Positions 27,692 to 43,280 are shown, counted from the first letter of the stretch. The stretch: 64,000 nt of DNA from Octopus vulgaris (GCA_951406725.2 OX597815.1:164238001-164302000), one strand, 5' to 3'. Made by a program: numbers and translations. Notes: generated by a model not told the origin, from the sequence alone.

Positions 27692-29114
27692 ACTATTGCA
27701 AGCTCTCTAGTGCAGCGAAAGTAGAATCTGAATTAATATGTCGGTCAGACATATAAATAATTCTCATCGAATCGTTTAAATGTCAAACGTCCAGCGGATT
27801 ATTGTTTTACCTGAAATCTACTTTTAGATAATCCTGCTTCAGCTTAAAACTATGTAAATAGTCACGAGATCACATCGTTCCTAACATTCTGTTATATCTT
27901 TCCTCCAATATTCTGTTGCAGTCAATGATAATATTATTATATGTTAGCTTTACATCTGAAAGCCGAAATTTACAAGTTTTACGTTTGCACTCATTATTCC
28001 CCGTGTATAAACCAAAACTCGGTCTTATTTGAATCGCGGATAAACGGACGACTTTGTGTTGCAACGTCTGAGTTTGTTACATTCTCCTGCGGTAATGGAC
28101 GTCTTTCACTTTCGTACTTACAGTGGAACCGAAGTTATAGTAGAGGCAGGAGCTGCGATGTTTCTCCAGTTGTCTGTGCGACTACATGCTTCGATGAACT
28201 ACCGACTAGGTCTATGAGGCATGGTCATAATGTAGGTCTTTCAATATTGTTGTATGTTTCGTCATCAAGAAATCATGGGAGTCCATGTGTTCGTGTGTGT
28301 GTGTGTCTATACTATGCAAAACAGACAGCATGGTATTTAATGCTATATAAAAAAACATACACGCGTTTCCTCAAATAACTGTGAAAATTACATAAATCTT
28401 TGTTGAAACATTTTATAATCTTGTTTATTTTACATCTTCAGGGTTTAGCAAGATATACAAAGAATGGTATTAAAGGCTCAGTATATATTCATGGACTTTG
28501 GTTCACAGGGTAACATATATATGTTCTATAAATATGTATATGCGTATGTATGTGTGTGTTTTTGTGTATGTATGTGTGTATGTGTGTGGGTGTGTGTGGG
28601 TGTGTGTCATTGGACATTCTCCCATCCAAGATACTAGATGAACCAACATCCCATCAAGAAGTGCAGTTGTACAGGAAACAGTACAAGCAAGTTGGTTGTA
28701 TGAAATCTCACCATGCAGAAAAAATTGAGCCACATACGAGGGCTGTTGGAACGGGTTCAGAGTCACTGTAGTGCTCCAACACGATCGCAGTCGCATGGTT
28801 GAAATACATGAAAAAAAGAAATTGTATGCTTGTTTGTGTACACCCAGTAGAGGGAGAGAGGGAGAGGAAGAGAGAGGGGGAGAGAGAGAGAGAGACGAAG
28901 TTGTGAACAAGTAAACGTCGGTATTTTTGACGTATCAGTAAGTTTCGAGCATGGTAATCATATCTGAAGACAATAAACAATAATTGCTAGTTTTATTTTG
29001 CTTTTTTCTGTTTAGAATAATCGTTGTTTTCTTAGGAATCGTAGACTGTTATTCCATTAAGATATTTATTACTATTATCTAAAGACGGCCATAACATTGT
29101 ATTATTAGAGTAAC

Positions 29115-29421
29115 TTTAACAGGCCCTGCCCTATTTAACATTGTCCCGAGGGAGATCAAAGAGGAAAAGCATCCCATCAACTTTAAACGGAGTCTGGATA
29201 GATTCCTTCAAAGAATACCAGATAAGCCACCCATAATTGGATACAACTCACCCAACAAGAACTCACTACTTGAACAAAACTGGATGCAACTCACCCAACA
29301 AGAACTCACTACTTGAACAAAACTTGACTTAAACAGGATTCTAATAATCCTATCAGGTGGTGCTATTAAGTTAGACATGGCCTGGACCAATCTGTGGTCG
29401 AAATATATCTAAGTTTATCTA

Positions 29422-29426
<5 letters not shown>
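29115..29426 (+). mobile_element. 3' end of a CR1/L2-group LINE
   Basis: GPALFNIVPREIKE...FKRSLDRFLQRIPDKP, a short internal tandem duplication, a terminal stem-loop gacca-atctg-tggtc and a repeated tail tatctaagtt. Confidence 0.6.
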
Positions 29427-29458
<32 letters not shown>

Positions 29459-30281
29459 AGCAAGTTGTGACGTTAATTTTACTTATATACTTAAAAGTAG
29501 GTTAATGATTCGCACGTCAGCTCTTAAATTATCCCTCACACACACCACTGGAAAATTTGCTTGTCAGGCTCTCAAGACAAAACTTGTGTGGCTGCTTGAT
29601 ACACTATTGTTTCGGTGTTACATTTAAGCTTGAGACGATTCAGCTCTCAAATTTAGAAGTAACATCAATTATCTTATCTTTTTTGTGGTTGTGCATCATG
29701 CCAAGCAGTCGATCATAACAAGCATTCAGAAGGACTTTGAAGATGTTGAGTTATATTTCCATTAAGGCGGAGCATACCCGCACTACCATAGTAATGTATC
29801 AGACTGTCTTAATAAGATGTTGCCAAGCAGGTAGATAGATTGGACGAAGATTGTGTTGGATTGTCGCCCTTGGTTACATGTCATAGATCCGTTTGCGTGA
29901 CCACTAAGTGCAATGTCACTAAGTGCAGAGTAAATACGTGCGTACTTCGATTGAGCACGTAACTGCTTGCGATAATGTCGCTGACGTTAAAGAAGCGACC
30001 AAATATCATACTGGTGTTCGGCAATAAACAGAATAAGCTGTATAATCGATGATTGTACAGCTTATGCGTTTGTTGCCGAATAGGAAATATCTTGAAATCG
30101 AATTTAGAAAATGGTTCAGCTACATGGAAGATCACATTGAGTTAGAAATGGGTTAAACCGAAGAGAGATTCAGTTACTTTTACCATTTCTATGTATTTAA
30201 GGATCTTAGCTCATACATTGCCTCCACTGTATATGCAACTACATGCACATAGTATATATACATAAACGCACAAACATACAT

Positions 30282-30282
<1 letters not shown>

Positions 30283-30378
<96 letters not shown>
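30283..30378. repeat. (GATA)n microsatellite
   Basis: Directly visible. Confidence 0.95.
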
Positions 30379-30599
30379 CAAGTAACAAAAGTTATGATAC
30401 TTATGTAGTAGGTAGTAAGAAAAAAATTAGATTATAACAGAGCGATCTTCATTCGGCCATAGTTTACAGAGCAATCTTAATTTAGCCATTATTTAAGAAG
30501 AATAACGAACAGCCCCTCGCACCTGATGTGTTACATTGAGGTTTCAGTCCTTGGCTAAGAGTTACGAATTTTCTGTAAATTATATTCTAATCTTAATAA

Positions 30600-30672
<73 letters not shown>

Positions 30673-30841
30673 CAAATCAAAAATAAAAGCAAAAACAACG
30701 ACAGTCAAAAGGGCATACACCCTGAATGTATTATGTTGACGCTCAGTTTACGATGGAAAAATGGTGGTAATATATGTGAGTGCGTGTGTGTGCGTGTGTG
30801 TATGTATGCGTGTGTATATATGTAAGTGTGTATAAAGATAA

Positions 30842-30984
<143 letters not shown>

Positions 30985-31419
30985 CATATACGTGTGTCTA
31001 TAAATATATGTGTGTGCACACGTATGTGAGATTGTGTACATGTTGTGCGTATGTATATGTGTGCATTTGTTCTTTCGACAACAACTTCTGTGTTATGGTT
31101 TTATCTATCGCAACGATGTTTTTTTTTTTTTACCCAGTTTCCCAATAAGTTCTTTAAAAGTTGCTTTCATGTTCCAAAATCGATCAACCTGTCTAAACCT
31201 TCACGACCTTATTTTGCAGAAGAAGTCATTGTTGTTGACATGTGTGATTGTTGAAACACTGCGGTACTTTCACCAGTAAGAAAAGAAACCATTTCATTTC
31301 CTGTTCACGCTATAAAAAGCTTCAACCGTAAGATAAAAATCGTTAAGTTCCAGAACTGTTCATCTGTTATGAACAAGATATAACAAATTAATCTGAAAAT
31401 ATGAAATAACAATGAAGAT

Positions 31420-31435
31420 AATAGTAACAATAATA

Positions 31436-31497
<62 letters not shown>

Positions 31498-31518
31498 TAT
31501 AATAATAATAATAATAAT

Positions 31519-31581
<63 letters not shown>

Positions 31582-31602
31582 TATAATAATAATAATAATA
31601 AT

Positions 31603-31671
<69 letters not shown>

Positions 31672-31692
31672 TATAATAATAATAATAATAAT

Positions 31693-31772
<80 letters not shown>
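31420..31772. repeat. (AAT)n tract with periodic interruptions
   Basis: The same tat...att interruption pair recurs three times, about 84-90 bp apart. Confidence 0.9.
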
Positions 31773-31774
31773 TG

Positions 31775-31978
31775 GTTTCAGAGTTTGCCACAGGGGCAGA
31801 AATTTTTAGCGGAAGGGATGAGTCGATTATATCGACCCCAGTTTTCAACTGTTACTTATTTTATCGACCCCGAAAGAATGAAAGGCTAAGTCGACCTTGG
31901 CGGAATTTGAACTCAGACAGACCAAATGTCGCAAAGCTTTTTTCCCGGTGTGCTGGCGATTCTGCCAGCTCGCCCCTT
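31775..31978 (-). mobile_element. Family 1 SINE
   Basis: Matches the family consensus on the minus strand. Confidence 0.75.
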
Positions 31979-31979
31979 T

Positions 31980-32010
<31 letters not shown>

Positions 32011-32061
32011 GGAGGAGGAGGAGGAGGAGGAGGAGGAGGAGGAGGAGGAGAAAGATAAGGA

Positions 32062-35000
32062 CGAGGAGGCGGCAAACCGAACGGTAATTGTATGCTAGAT
32101 CAGGAGTGAACCCAGCAGAAGGGGATTCCGACAACGAATGAAAGCAAAATGGAATGAGATAGGACTCTTCGAAACAAGTGAACAACGGTTACTCGACCAG
32201 GCAACAGCAATAAGGGATAAAGAGTGATTAACAGACATGGAAATAGAAGAGATAAAAAGGAAAGTAGAAGATAGAAATAATACTTCACCAACAGATGATG
32301 TGCCCAGTGAGAACAGAAAAATGAGAGGCATCAGTGAAGACGAAGAGCAAAGTGTAAATGTAAATGCATTCTCAGCATATGAAGCAGAAGTAATAGGAAG
32401 AACTATATCATAAGAATACGATGATGACCAAGAAGACATAGTGAGGACGTTGTGCCGATATGTTAGAGAACACCAGGATCAAGCACCCACCAAACTCAAG
32501 GCTGAAACCGAAAAGATAGATGTGATTCTTGAGCTATTCCAGACGAGAAATATAACTGAAACTAACAAGATTATTTGGGTCGCAGCTATGGTTGCTGCAG
32601 AGAGAGTTGAATACAAAAGAAGAGAACAAACAGAAAGAAAAGAACCATATCGATGTAGACGAATTTGTGAGAAACAAAGAAAGTTAAAAAGACATTTAGG
32701 ACAAGCTGATAGATTGAGAAGAGGGGAATTGCAGAACGAAAGCATATGAATAATGCTGGAAAGAACATCTATATATATAAAAGTGAAATTGTGTGAGTAT
32801 CTGTCTCCTACGATTTAGATTCTTAACTACTCACACATTTTGCGGTGCAGTTTAACCAAAACCGGGTATCTTATAGTCGTGATTCATATCGAGCCCTTCT
32901 GGGTATAAGCGCGCGTCTACGATGAGTCTACGATTTTAAAAATAATTTACCATAATTTTTTTCCATTTTAAAGCTTATTTTTTAAATAAAGGGAAGTAAC
33001 TCTCTAAAAATGTCTACGATGAGTCAACGATTTAAAAAAAAATTTACCATAATTTTTATTTCCATTTTTAATGCATTTTTTGCTGTTTTTTGGCTATAAC
33101 TCTCTAAAAATGCTTTATAGTTATTTCCCTTACAAACCCGAGCAACGCCGGGCGATACTGCTAGTATAGAATAAAAGATAAAGTTTATTATGTGATATTG
33201 GAAGAATTGAAACAAAGTTTAGTAGCAATCAAAGCAAAACTGGAAAGACATGACAATAGAAAAAGACACTTCAGGCAAGACAGATTGTTTGAAGCAAATC
33301 AGAAGAGTCTGTTTCGGGAACTAGGTGGGCAAATACACGTAATAATGATACCCGATGCAAAGGAAGGCAGGGCATGCGGAGAGGGATCTGGGACCAACCT
33401 GTAGATCATAACGATGAAATAGAGTGGCTGCATGAAATCCAAGATAGGTTAAGAAATATAGAAGTCCAAGAAGACATAAAAATAACTACATAAATGATTT
33501 TTTAAAAATCAATTAAGAAAATTGCGAAATTGGAAGAGCCCAGAATCGGATGAGTGCTTGCAGGAAGGCGCAATACCCAGCTGGATGACAAAGGGAAAGA
33601 CTTTGTTGTGTGCCAAGGATCCTGAAAAGGGAAATGTTGTATCCAGCTTGAGACCAAAAACATGCCTTCCACTAATGTGGAAACTAGTGCCAGGTGCTTT
33701 GGCCGGTGAACTATACAGATATTAAGAAAAAAGTGGGCTGCTAACAGAAAAGGTGCCGAAAAAGGAACCGGGGAACGAAGGATCACCTCTTAATTGATAA
33801 TTTAATCAGGAACTACAAGAATAGACATACAAACCTGAGCATGACATGGGTTGACTATCGCAAAGCATTTGATATGATACCACACTCCTGGATAATAAGA
33901 ACAATGTAAATGTATGGAGTAGCAGAGAATATGAGAAGCCTTATATGTAATAGCATGAAATACTGGAGAACGGAATTGACAGCAAAGAAGTAAGTATCAG
34001 GAGATGTGAAAATCAAGAGAGGAATCTTCCAGGAGGACAGTGTGTCCCCACTGATATTCGTATTGAGAATGATCCGCTTGAGTGAAATACTAGAGAAAAC
34101 AAAGTTCGGATATGATATGGGAAGAGGTAAGGGAAAACTAAACCTCTTGCTATTCATGGACGACCTGAAACTATTCACAAAAACTGAGGCAGAACTGGTC
34201 AGCCTAATCCAGAATGTACGGATTTTCTCCAATGATATTAAGATGGAGATTGGACTCTCAACATGTGATACGATAGTGATGAGACGAGGAAAGCTAGTCG
34301 GGACAGAAGGTATATGGTAACCAAGTGGTGAAATAATGAATGCAATTCAACCTCAGTCCAGTTATAAATACCTGGGAATACTTGAGGTAGATGAAATCAA
34401 ACACCACGATATGAAGGAAAGGACAAAAAGAGAGTACCTGCGGCGAGTGAGAAAAATATTGGCTTCAAAGCTGAATGCTAGAAACATAATTTCGGCAATA
34501 AACTCGCGCGCAGTCGCAGTGGTTCGGTATGGCGCTGGAATCCTGAAGTGAACAGAGGGGGAGCTAAAGGAGATGGACAGGAAGTCAAGAAAGCTTCTAA
34601 CGATGCATGGAGCCCTTCATCCAAGTGCAGATACTGATCGCCTATACACGAAGAGAACAAATGGATGAAGGGGCCTGATAAGTGTGGAAGACTGCGTGCG
34701 TATTGAACTCGATAGCTAAATGAGATACCTAGCCCAAAGTAAGAAAACCTCACTAGTAACAGTTAGGAACGAGGGAGTATTGAGAGCAGAGAAAAAATGG
34801 AAAACAAAGGAAGAAGTACAAAAAGGACATGAAGAAGAATTACACAAGAAGGGACAACACAATCAATTCCATAGAGCCACAACTTAAGTTGTTGGAAAAA
34901 ACAGGTAGGATTGGCTGATGAAAGGAACCCTAAAAAAAGAGACCGAGAACACTATACTGGCAGCGCAGGACCAGGCTTTGGCCACGAACTGGAGCTTCAA

Positions 35001-35472
35001 CCTGAGGAATGAGATGCTGTGCCGCATCTGCTGCAGGGTGGATGAAACCATTGCCCATATCACGAACGAATGCCCTAGACTTACCCAAAACCATTACAAG
35101 TTGTGGTGACATGACTAGGTAGCGAAAGTGCGACGTTGGAAACTATACGAAAAGTAGGGGCTAGAGAGAGGCAAGAGATGGTAAAGCAGAGAGTGATGGA
35201 GTCGGAGACTAGAAAAGCCTCTGGGATTTCCCAATTCAAACAGACCAGGTGCTAGAGCATAACAGACCGGACAAGTACCACCTATGCTGTATAGCTTAAG
35301 TTGCTTGCCCCTTTGACTCAAGAATAGTCAAGAAAAAAGGCGATAGATAGATACAACCCTCTTAAGTACAAAATAGCCCGGCTATGGAAAATAAAGAAGG
35401 TGAAGATAGTGCCAATTATATTTGGGTCCTTGGGAACAGTGTCAGAAGGCATCAAAAGGAATATAAAGGAAA
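32062..35472 (+). mobile_element. Near-full-length decayed R4/Dong-type non-LTR retrotransposon (RT plus restriction-like endonuclease)
   Basis: N-terminal SEPSRRGFRQRM..W...SEQRLLDQ; RT motifs [39 protein letters not shown]; ILAAQDQAL; CRIC..VDETIAHITNEC knuckle; WDF.IQTD..LEHNRPD; VPIIFGSLG. Many stops and frameshifts; ends in (AAT)n. Confidence 0.9.
32768..33164 (+). mobile_element. Non-autonomous Helitron nested in the LINE
   Basis: A|TCtatatatataaaa ... cccgagcaacgccgggcgatactgCTAG|T; same termini as the 23338-24865 family. Confidence 0.88.
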
Positions 35473-35480
35473 TAATAATG

Positions 35481-35547
<67 letters not shown>

Positions 35548-35555
35548 TGATGATG

Positions 35556-35636
<81 letters not shown>

Positions 35637-36059
35637 TTCACACAAAATTGGAGATATTAAAGTATCTAAATTTTTTGAGGTGTTCGTTCAGAGAAAACTG
35701 TGGTGTATTTTGTTATTTTTTTTTTTTACAATAAAAAGGATGTCTACATTTTCTAATATTCAGGGGGAAAGGAACCGAAAGAAAAGGAAGTTAAAATTTT
35801 TTCACAGAAAATTGAAGATATGAAGTTTTTAAAATTTACTGGAGATAATCTTTTGTCTGTCCGAACAGAGAAAACTGTAGTGTTCTTGGAATAAAGAGGA
35901 TATTTAGATATCAAAGGTTTTAAAACTGATTGTTTATGTGTTCGAAAGCTGTAGATATGTAAGTTCCTTAACTTATTTTGAGGGAAGTTCAAAATACTCA
36001 CAGGAAACTATGGATATTCCAGTCTTTTACAGTTACTTTTTCAGTTGTCCTGCTGGGTT

Positions 36060-37170
36060 GTATTAGTGTTTCTGTGTCTTCAGCTGCTGATAGGTCAGAG
36101 CAGCGAAGAACACGTCCAGCCGCTGTCACGTCCAGCAGCCTATACATGGGTCACTCCACCCAAAAAGTGGCACAGACAAGAAAAAAGAGGGGGAAGAGAA
36201 CTTATTGGATGCGAACACAGCATTAGAGCAGAAGAAAACAACATAGTATGATATGTAAAAAATGATACAGAACTGCTATTATTAGAAGTAAGAAGGTCAG
36301 GCTTGTGTAGGATGAAAGATTGCAAATATAAAGCACTATACAAGAAATTGAAAACGAATGAAACTGAAAATAAGTGGGTAAAGAAAAGAATGCATGGTCA
36401 ATTTCATAGGGATGTTGAAGATAGACAGAGAAAAAAGATGGCTGTGGATGACTAAAAGTGATTTAAAACAGGAAACGGAGGCTCTAATCTGTGCTGTCCA
36501 AGAACAAGCACTAAGAATAAACTACATAAAATACAGAATAGACAACACAGCACAAAGTGATGAGTGCAGAATCTGTGGACAAAATGGTGAAACCGTCTGG
36601 TAATATTACAAGCCAATGCACCAGAAGGAATATAAGAGATACCACGACAATATAGCCAGGCTTATCCATTGGACACTTTGCAACAAGTATGGACTTGACA
36701 GGGCAAAAGATTGGTACGACCACAAACCTGAAGGCATCGTCGAAAATAGAAATGTAAAGATCCTATGGGATTTTATGATTCAGTGCGACCATGAGATATA
36801 GAATAGGAAGCCAGACATAGTCTTAATTGAGAAAGAAAACAAACTATGCTGGATCATAGACATAGCATGCCCAGCTGACAACAAGGTATGCGATAAGGAA
36901 GAAAGAAAAGTCGAGAGATATGACAGGTTAGCTTGGGAAGCTAAGCAGTTGTTGTCGATGAGAAAGGTAGCAGTAGTACCAATAATTGTCGGAGCCCTGG
37001 GAACAGTGAGCAAAGGTCTCGAGAAGTACGTGGAACAAATAGGGGCTGCAATAAGGGTGGAGCACTTGCAGAAAACAACACTGCTTGGAACCACTCGAAT
37101 ACTCCGGAAGGTGCTCGAAAAATAAGACGTGTTACCTTAGTTCACTAGTAGTGAACAGCTGACACTGTAT
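36060..37170 (+). mobile_element. R4/Dong-type LINE 3' fragment (second family)
   Basis: LKQETEALICAVQEQAL, CRICGQNGETV, YKRYHDNIA, ILWDFMIQCDH..RKPDIV, VPIIVGALG, LQKTTLLGT. Its 3' UTR recurs at about 39158-39235. Confidence 0.88.
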
Positions 37171-37537
37171 TGTGTGGTATTTGTAGTGTTGGTGATGTCA
37201 TCAGTGTGTCTGTGTTTGCCGTTTCTTGGATTTATCCCTTTTTTCTGTATCTTTCATGTTTTTTTGTTTGTTTTTATATTTTGCTTTTTGGACCTCCTCA
37301 TCATCATCACTTGGATTCGTAGAGGAGTCCGTGTCTTGTATGTTTTCTTGTAGTGCTGATTGTTCTGGTTCTCTTGTAGTTGTTGTTGCTCCTGCTGCTG
37401 TAGCTTCCGCCACTGATGCTGCTGCTACCCCCACTACCACCTTTAGTGTAACACCTGCCTGTTTTGTCTCCATGGGCTCAATTTCTGTTTCTATTCCTCT
37501 GCTTTTCTGATGTTGTTGTTGTTGTTGTTGTTGTCAA

Positions 37538-38304
37538 CTCATCCGAAAGGATGAAAGGCAAAGTCGACCTCGGCGGAATTTGAACTCAGAACGTAATGAC
37601 AGAGGAAATACTTATTTCTTTACTACCCACCAGGGGCTAAACACAGAAGGGACAAACAAGGACAGACAAACGGAGTAAGTCGATTATATCGACCCCAGTG
37701 CGTAACTGGTACTTATTTAAGCAACCCCGAAAGGATGAAAGGCAAAGTCAACCTCGGCGGAATTTGAACTCAGAACGTAACGGCAGACGAACTACTGCTA
37801 AGCATTTCGCTCGGCGTGCTAATGATTCTACCAGCTGGCCGCCTTAATAATAGTACTAATAAAGTGGGGAGCTGGCAGAAACGTTACCACGCTGGGCAAA
37901 ATGCTTAGCGGCATTTCATCTGTCTTTACATTCTGAGTTCAAATTCTGCTGGGGTCAGCTTTGTCTTTTATTCTTTCGGCGTCGATAAATTAAGTACCAG
38001 TTGCGTACTGGGGTCGATCTAATCGACTGGCTCCCTCCCCCAAAATTTCGGGCCTTGTGCCTAGAGTAGAAAAGTATAACTACTACTAATAATAATAATA
38101 ATAATCTTTCCTACTATAGGCACAAGGCCTCAAATTTGGGAAGGGAGTAGTCGACCCCAGTACTCAGCTGGCACTTAACTTATCGACCCCGAAAGCATGA
38201 AAAGCAAGGTCGACCTCGGCAGAATGTGGACTCAGAACGCAGTGACGGGCGAAATACCGCTAAGCATTTCATCCAGCGCGCTAATGATTCGCCAGCTCGC
38301 TGCC

Positions 38305-38370
<66 letters not shown>

Positions 38371-38602
38371 TATATTTCTTTACTACCCACAAGGGGCTAA
38401 ACACAGAGGGGACAAACAAGGACATACAAACGGATTAAGTCGATTACATCGACCCTAGTGCGTAACTGGTACTATTTAATCGACCCCGAAAGGATGAAAG
38501 GCAAAGTCAACCTCGGCGGAATTTGAACTCAGAACGTAACGGCAGACGAACTACTGCTAAGCATTTCGCCCGGCGTGCTAACGATTCTGCTAGTTCGCCG
38601 CC

Positions 38603-38605
<3 letters not shown>
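37538..38605. mobile_element. Dense cluster of family 1 SINEs in both orientations separated by (AAT)n
   Basis: Copies at about 37538-37845 (-), 37865-38075 (+), 38105-38305 (-) and 38370-38605 (-). Confidence 0.85.
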
Positions 38606-38694
<89 letters not shown>

Positions 38695-38764
38695 AAGAAG
38701 AAGAAGAAGAAGAAGAAGAAGAAGAAGAAGAAGAAGAAGAAGAAGAAGAAGAAGAAGGAGAAGA

Positions 38765-39815
38765 AGAAAATATAAAGACCTACTCATTGAAATTGAGAAA
38801 ATGTGGCATCTCAAGGCGGTTACAATACCAGTGATCGTAGGAGCACTAGGAATGATCAAGAAGGGAACCGAAAGTTATATGAGAATGATCCCTGGCTTAC
38901 CATCCCTGCAAGAAGTGCAAAAGATTGTCTTAACTGGTACATCACACGTATTGAGAAGAGCATTGTCGATGTGAGAACTGTTGCTGCTCATGTATTTTAA
39001 TTTAACTTAAAAAAAAAAAAAATATGAACGAACTATTGAGTTTTGTTTAATGGCCTACCAATGTATACTATGAGTTTCTTTGCCCTAGGAGTCGGGAAGA
39101 CACTCGGCAAGAAATGGAAGCAAATTTGAAAGAAGGAAAAAAATAATAATAATAAGAGGTGTTATCTTAGTTCACTGGTAGTGAACAGCTGACACTGTAG
39201 TACATCTTCAGCGTTAGAAGCTGTGCAAAAGCCAATAATAATAATAATAATAAGGAAGCTGAAAAATACAAAGAAGAGGTCATAATTCCGGTCAGCTATG
39301 AAAGAAAAGAAGAAACATCAAAAGCTGTAAAGTAACTCTGAAATCTAAGCTAAATCTGGAACTACAAAATATCACGATAAAAAGATGGCAAGCAAAGTAA
39401 ATACTGGATAAGCTAAACAGAAAAGAAATAGACAAAATGCAGTCTCAACACTGGTTGAGAAATTCGAGTCGCAAAGCAGTGACTGAAGGGTTTTTAATTG
39501 TGGCACAAGATCAAAGTCTCCCCACCAGAAATTTTCCAAATGAAAAGAAATACAATCAATAAATGTAGAATATGTGGTGATGGAAAAGAAGTAATAAATC
39601 ATATTGTCTGGTTGCCCAATCCTAGCAAAGAAGTAATACATGCACAGACACAACAGAGTTAAGACTTGTATAAACTGGAAGCTGTAACAGCACTACGGAA
39701 TGACAACAGGAAAAAGATGGTATAGGTAAACCCCAGAAAAGCTTGAAGACAGAAATAATCTCTGTAATAGGTGCATTAGGCAAACAGACAAATGCATAAC
39801 CAGAACACCTGGCAT
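38765..39815 (+). mobile_element. Short R4/Dong-type LINE 3' fragments
   Basis: KYKDLLIEIEKMWHLKAVTIPVIVGALG...VQKIVLTGT (38765-38975), plus a degenerate AQDQSL...CRICG...INHIV-like segment (39290-39815). Confidence 0.75.
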
Positions 39816-40099
39816 TTGAAACCACCACGTAAAATTTTTTTTTGTTAAAACATTAATATTAATAATATTGATGCGTCAGAGGGGCTTTTTTTTCGTTTTT
39901 TTTGCGGGGGGAGGATCTTTTTTTCTGTTTATTTTTTTGCAGCATGTTCCTTTCATAATGTCGTAGTTGTAAATCTACTTCAAGTTGTTGTTGCTCCGAG
40001 AGATGTTTTCGGTGTAGATGTTGCCGTTCTTATCACGGTTTCTATTTTTGTTGCCATTCGTGGTACTAAAACGATGCCTTTTTGCAATTTACTTTAAAT

Positions 40100-40935
40100 A
40101 TGTGTATGTGTATATGAATGTATGTACGTATGTATGTATCTATATATATGTAAGCATGCATGTATGTATGTATGCAAGCATGTATGTATGTATATATGTA
40201 CGTATGAATTTATGCACACATGTATGTATTTATGTATGTATGCAAGTATGTACGTATGTATATATGCATGTATGTTTTTATGCACGCATGAATGTATGCA
40301 TGTATGTATGTATGTATGTATATATGTATGTATGTTAGTATTTATGCATGTGTGTATCTATGCAAGTATGTACGTACATATGTATCTATGTATGCATATA
40401 TGTATGTATGTATGAATGTATGTATGCAAGCATATACGTTCATATGTATATATGCATATATGTATGTATATATGAATGTATATATGTATGCATGCATGAA
40501 TGTATGTATGAATGCACGTATGTTTGTATGAATGTATGCATGCATGTATGTATATATATAAATGTATGCATGCATGTATGTATGAATGTACGTATATATG
40601 TATGTATGTTAGTATTTATGCATGTATGTATCTATGCAAGCATGTACGTAGATATGTATCTATGTATGTATATATGTATCTATGTAGGAATGTATGTATG
40701 CAAGCATGTACGTACATATGTGTGTATGCATATATGTATGTATGTATATATGAATCTATGTATGCATGTAGGAATGTATGTATGCGTGCACGTATGTATG
40801 TATGTATGTATGCATGTATGTATAAATGTATGCATGCATGCATACATGTATGTATGTATGTATGTATGTATGTATGTATGTATGTATGTATGTATGTATG
40901 TATGTAGGTATGTATGTATGTAGGTATGTATGTTT
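40100..40935. repeat. Degenerate (TATG)n satellite with internal duplication
   Basis: TATG/CATG variants; the block gttagtatttatgcatg recurs at about 40334 and 40608. Confidence 0.85.
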
Positions 40936-41377
40936 GTATCTTATGTATCTACGTATAATTATAAGTACATAGCTTGTGTATTCGTTGTTGTTTGTTTTGC
41001 TTTATTTGACTTTCACTCGTGTTTCACAGTCTGGCCCCGACTCCCACGTTCTTCCACCAGTCAGTTGCCAGAGTAAGTAGACATGCAGATTATGCTAATC
41101 TCTGTTGGATTAAGACACTTAATGGATTCCTAGAGCGCTAAGTGTTCAATCGTAATTTTATCTCACAACCAATGGAGCAAATATATACACGCACACAAAG
41201 CCAAAATGTTATGCGCGCACACACACACACACTCACACACACACACACACATACATACATACATACATACACACACAAACATAGACACACTCATAAACAC
41301 ACGCACATACTCAAGCAGGCCGACACAACGTCTCTTTCACTTACATATATACGTGATCGTACACATACGTAGTGTAT

Positions 41378-41415
<38 letters not shown>

Positions 41416-41571
41416 GTATTTAGTAATATTGATTATTTAATGTGTGCATACCTATGCGCATACAGTAGATACACGAAATAATGTGTATATTGTAGATTAT
41501 GCGTTATCTCATTCAGTTACTTTCTGACTTATTTTCTCCCCATTTCTCCCTTTCTGTCTCTCTCCACTCAC

Positions 41572-41646
<75 letters not shown>

Positions 41647-41723
41647 TATATTCTTACATACAAATGCGCACAAGCACACACACACAGTATATATGTGTAT
41701 ATATTTATATATATATATATATA

Positions 41724-41880
<157 letters not shown>

Positions 41881-42645
41881 CTTTATTTTTATTATTATTA
41901 TTATTATTATTTTCTTGGAATTTACAGTCTCGGATTTAACTTTTCCTTCCACGTACATTTTCTATATGCAGATCCATATGCAGTAAAAGTCGTTGTTTAC
42001 GTCAGTGCTATCTAATTTACATAAATGCATATATATAAACATTCCGCGCCTCCCCCCTCCACACACACACACGCCAACACAATTCTTCCTGCTAACTTTA
42101 TGTGGATAATTGTGCGTTTCACATGCGCACACGTTCGACACATACATAAAACGCACAATTCAAATTGCATGTACATTCTCAGACAACCACCGCACATAGC
42201 GTCCTTGACTTATAACTTCATACACACATGTACACTCACATACACACACACATATATACAAACATACACACACGCACACACACACAATCCCACGCAGTCG
42301 CCATGAGTCTACTGCAAACACGTACTTCGTCATTCACCCTCAAATTAACGCAAGCATATTTACTCAATAACGAAATCCATGCAAAATATATACATTTACG
42401 TAATACATTTACGTAATCTATCTAACGTACTTCTTGCTTGCTAGTAAGCGCACACACTCTGACATTTCGAGCATAAGTTATGACAGAAGACCCTGTACAT
42501 TTACGCATATCTAATTGGATGGGATTCTACTTCTGCCTCATAGGAGAGCATTTTCACCCACTACTTTAACACATTTCGTCATCCCTCCACCAACTCAACT
42601 TGAATTTTTCAGGCTTTATTTTTCCATACACTCTCCCTCTCCCAC

Positions 42646-42723
<78 letters not shown>

Positions 42724-42878
42724 CTCCGATGTTTCCCCTTGTTTCTTTTTTTTTTCAGAAAAGTCACTAAAACACGTAACGTCAAAGACAGTCTATTCTC
42801 CTCTCAAACGTCTAAATAGTACTTTATTCACTGCATTGTGTGCTTTTACTGTCTGTATTCATTTTTTCTGGCCTTACC

Positions 42879-42994
<116 letters not shown>

Positions 42995-43200
42995 GTAAAT
43001 GTAATATGTGACAATTTTTCGGTAGCCATGATAAAACTCCAAGTTTCGGATGCCGAGGTGGAAATCCACGCCGCCATTTCTTCAGTTATCCGGCCATCTG
43101 AAAAAAAATTGACAAATATTACATTTACAGATAAATTCCTCTATTTACATAATATCGAGGTCTCTTTCTTTCTTTTGTTGTCTTACCATTTTTATCAACA

Positions 43201-43280
<80 letters not shown>

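Noticed and set aside
28358-28445. Minus-strand CUGAAGA...GAAACGCGU
   Set aside because: The cleavage triplet would be GUG, and stems I and II do not form.
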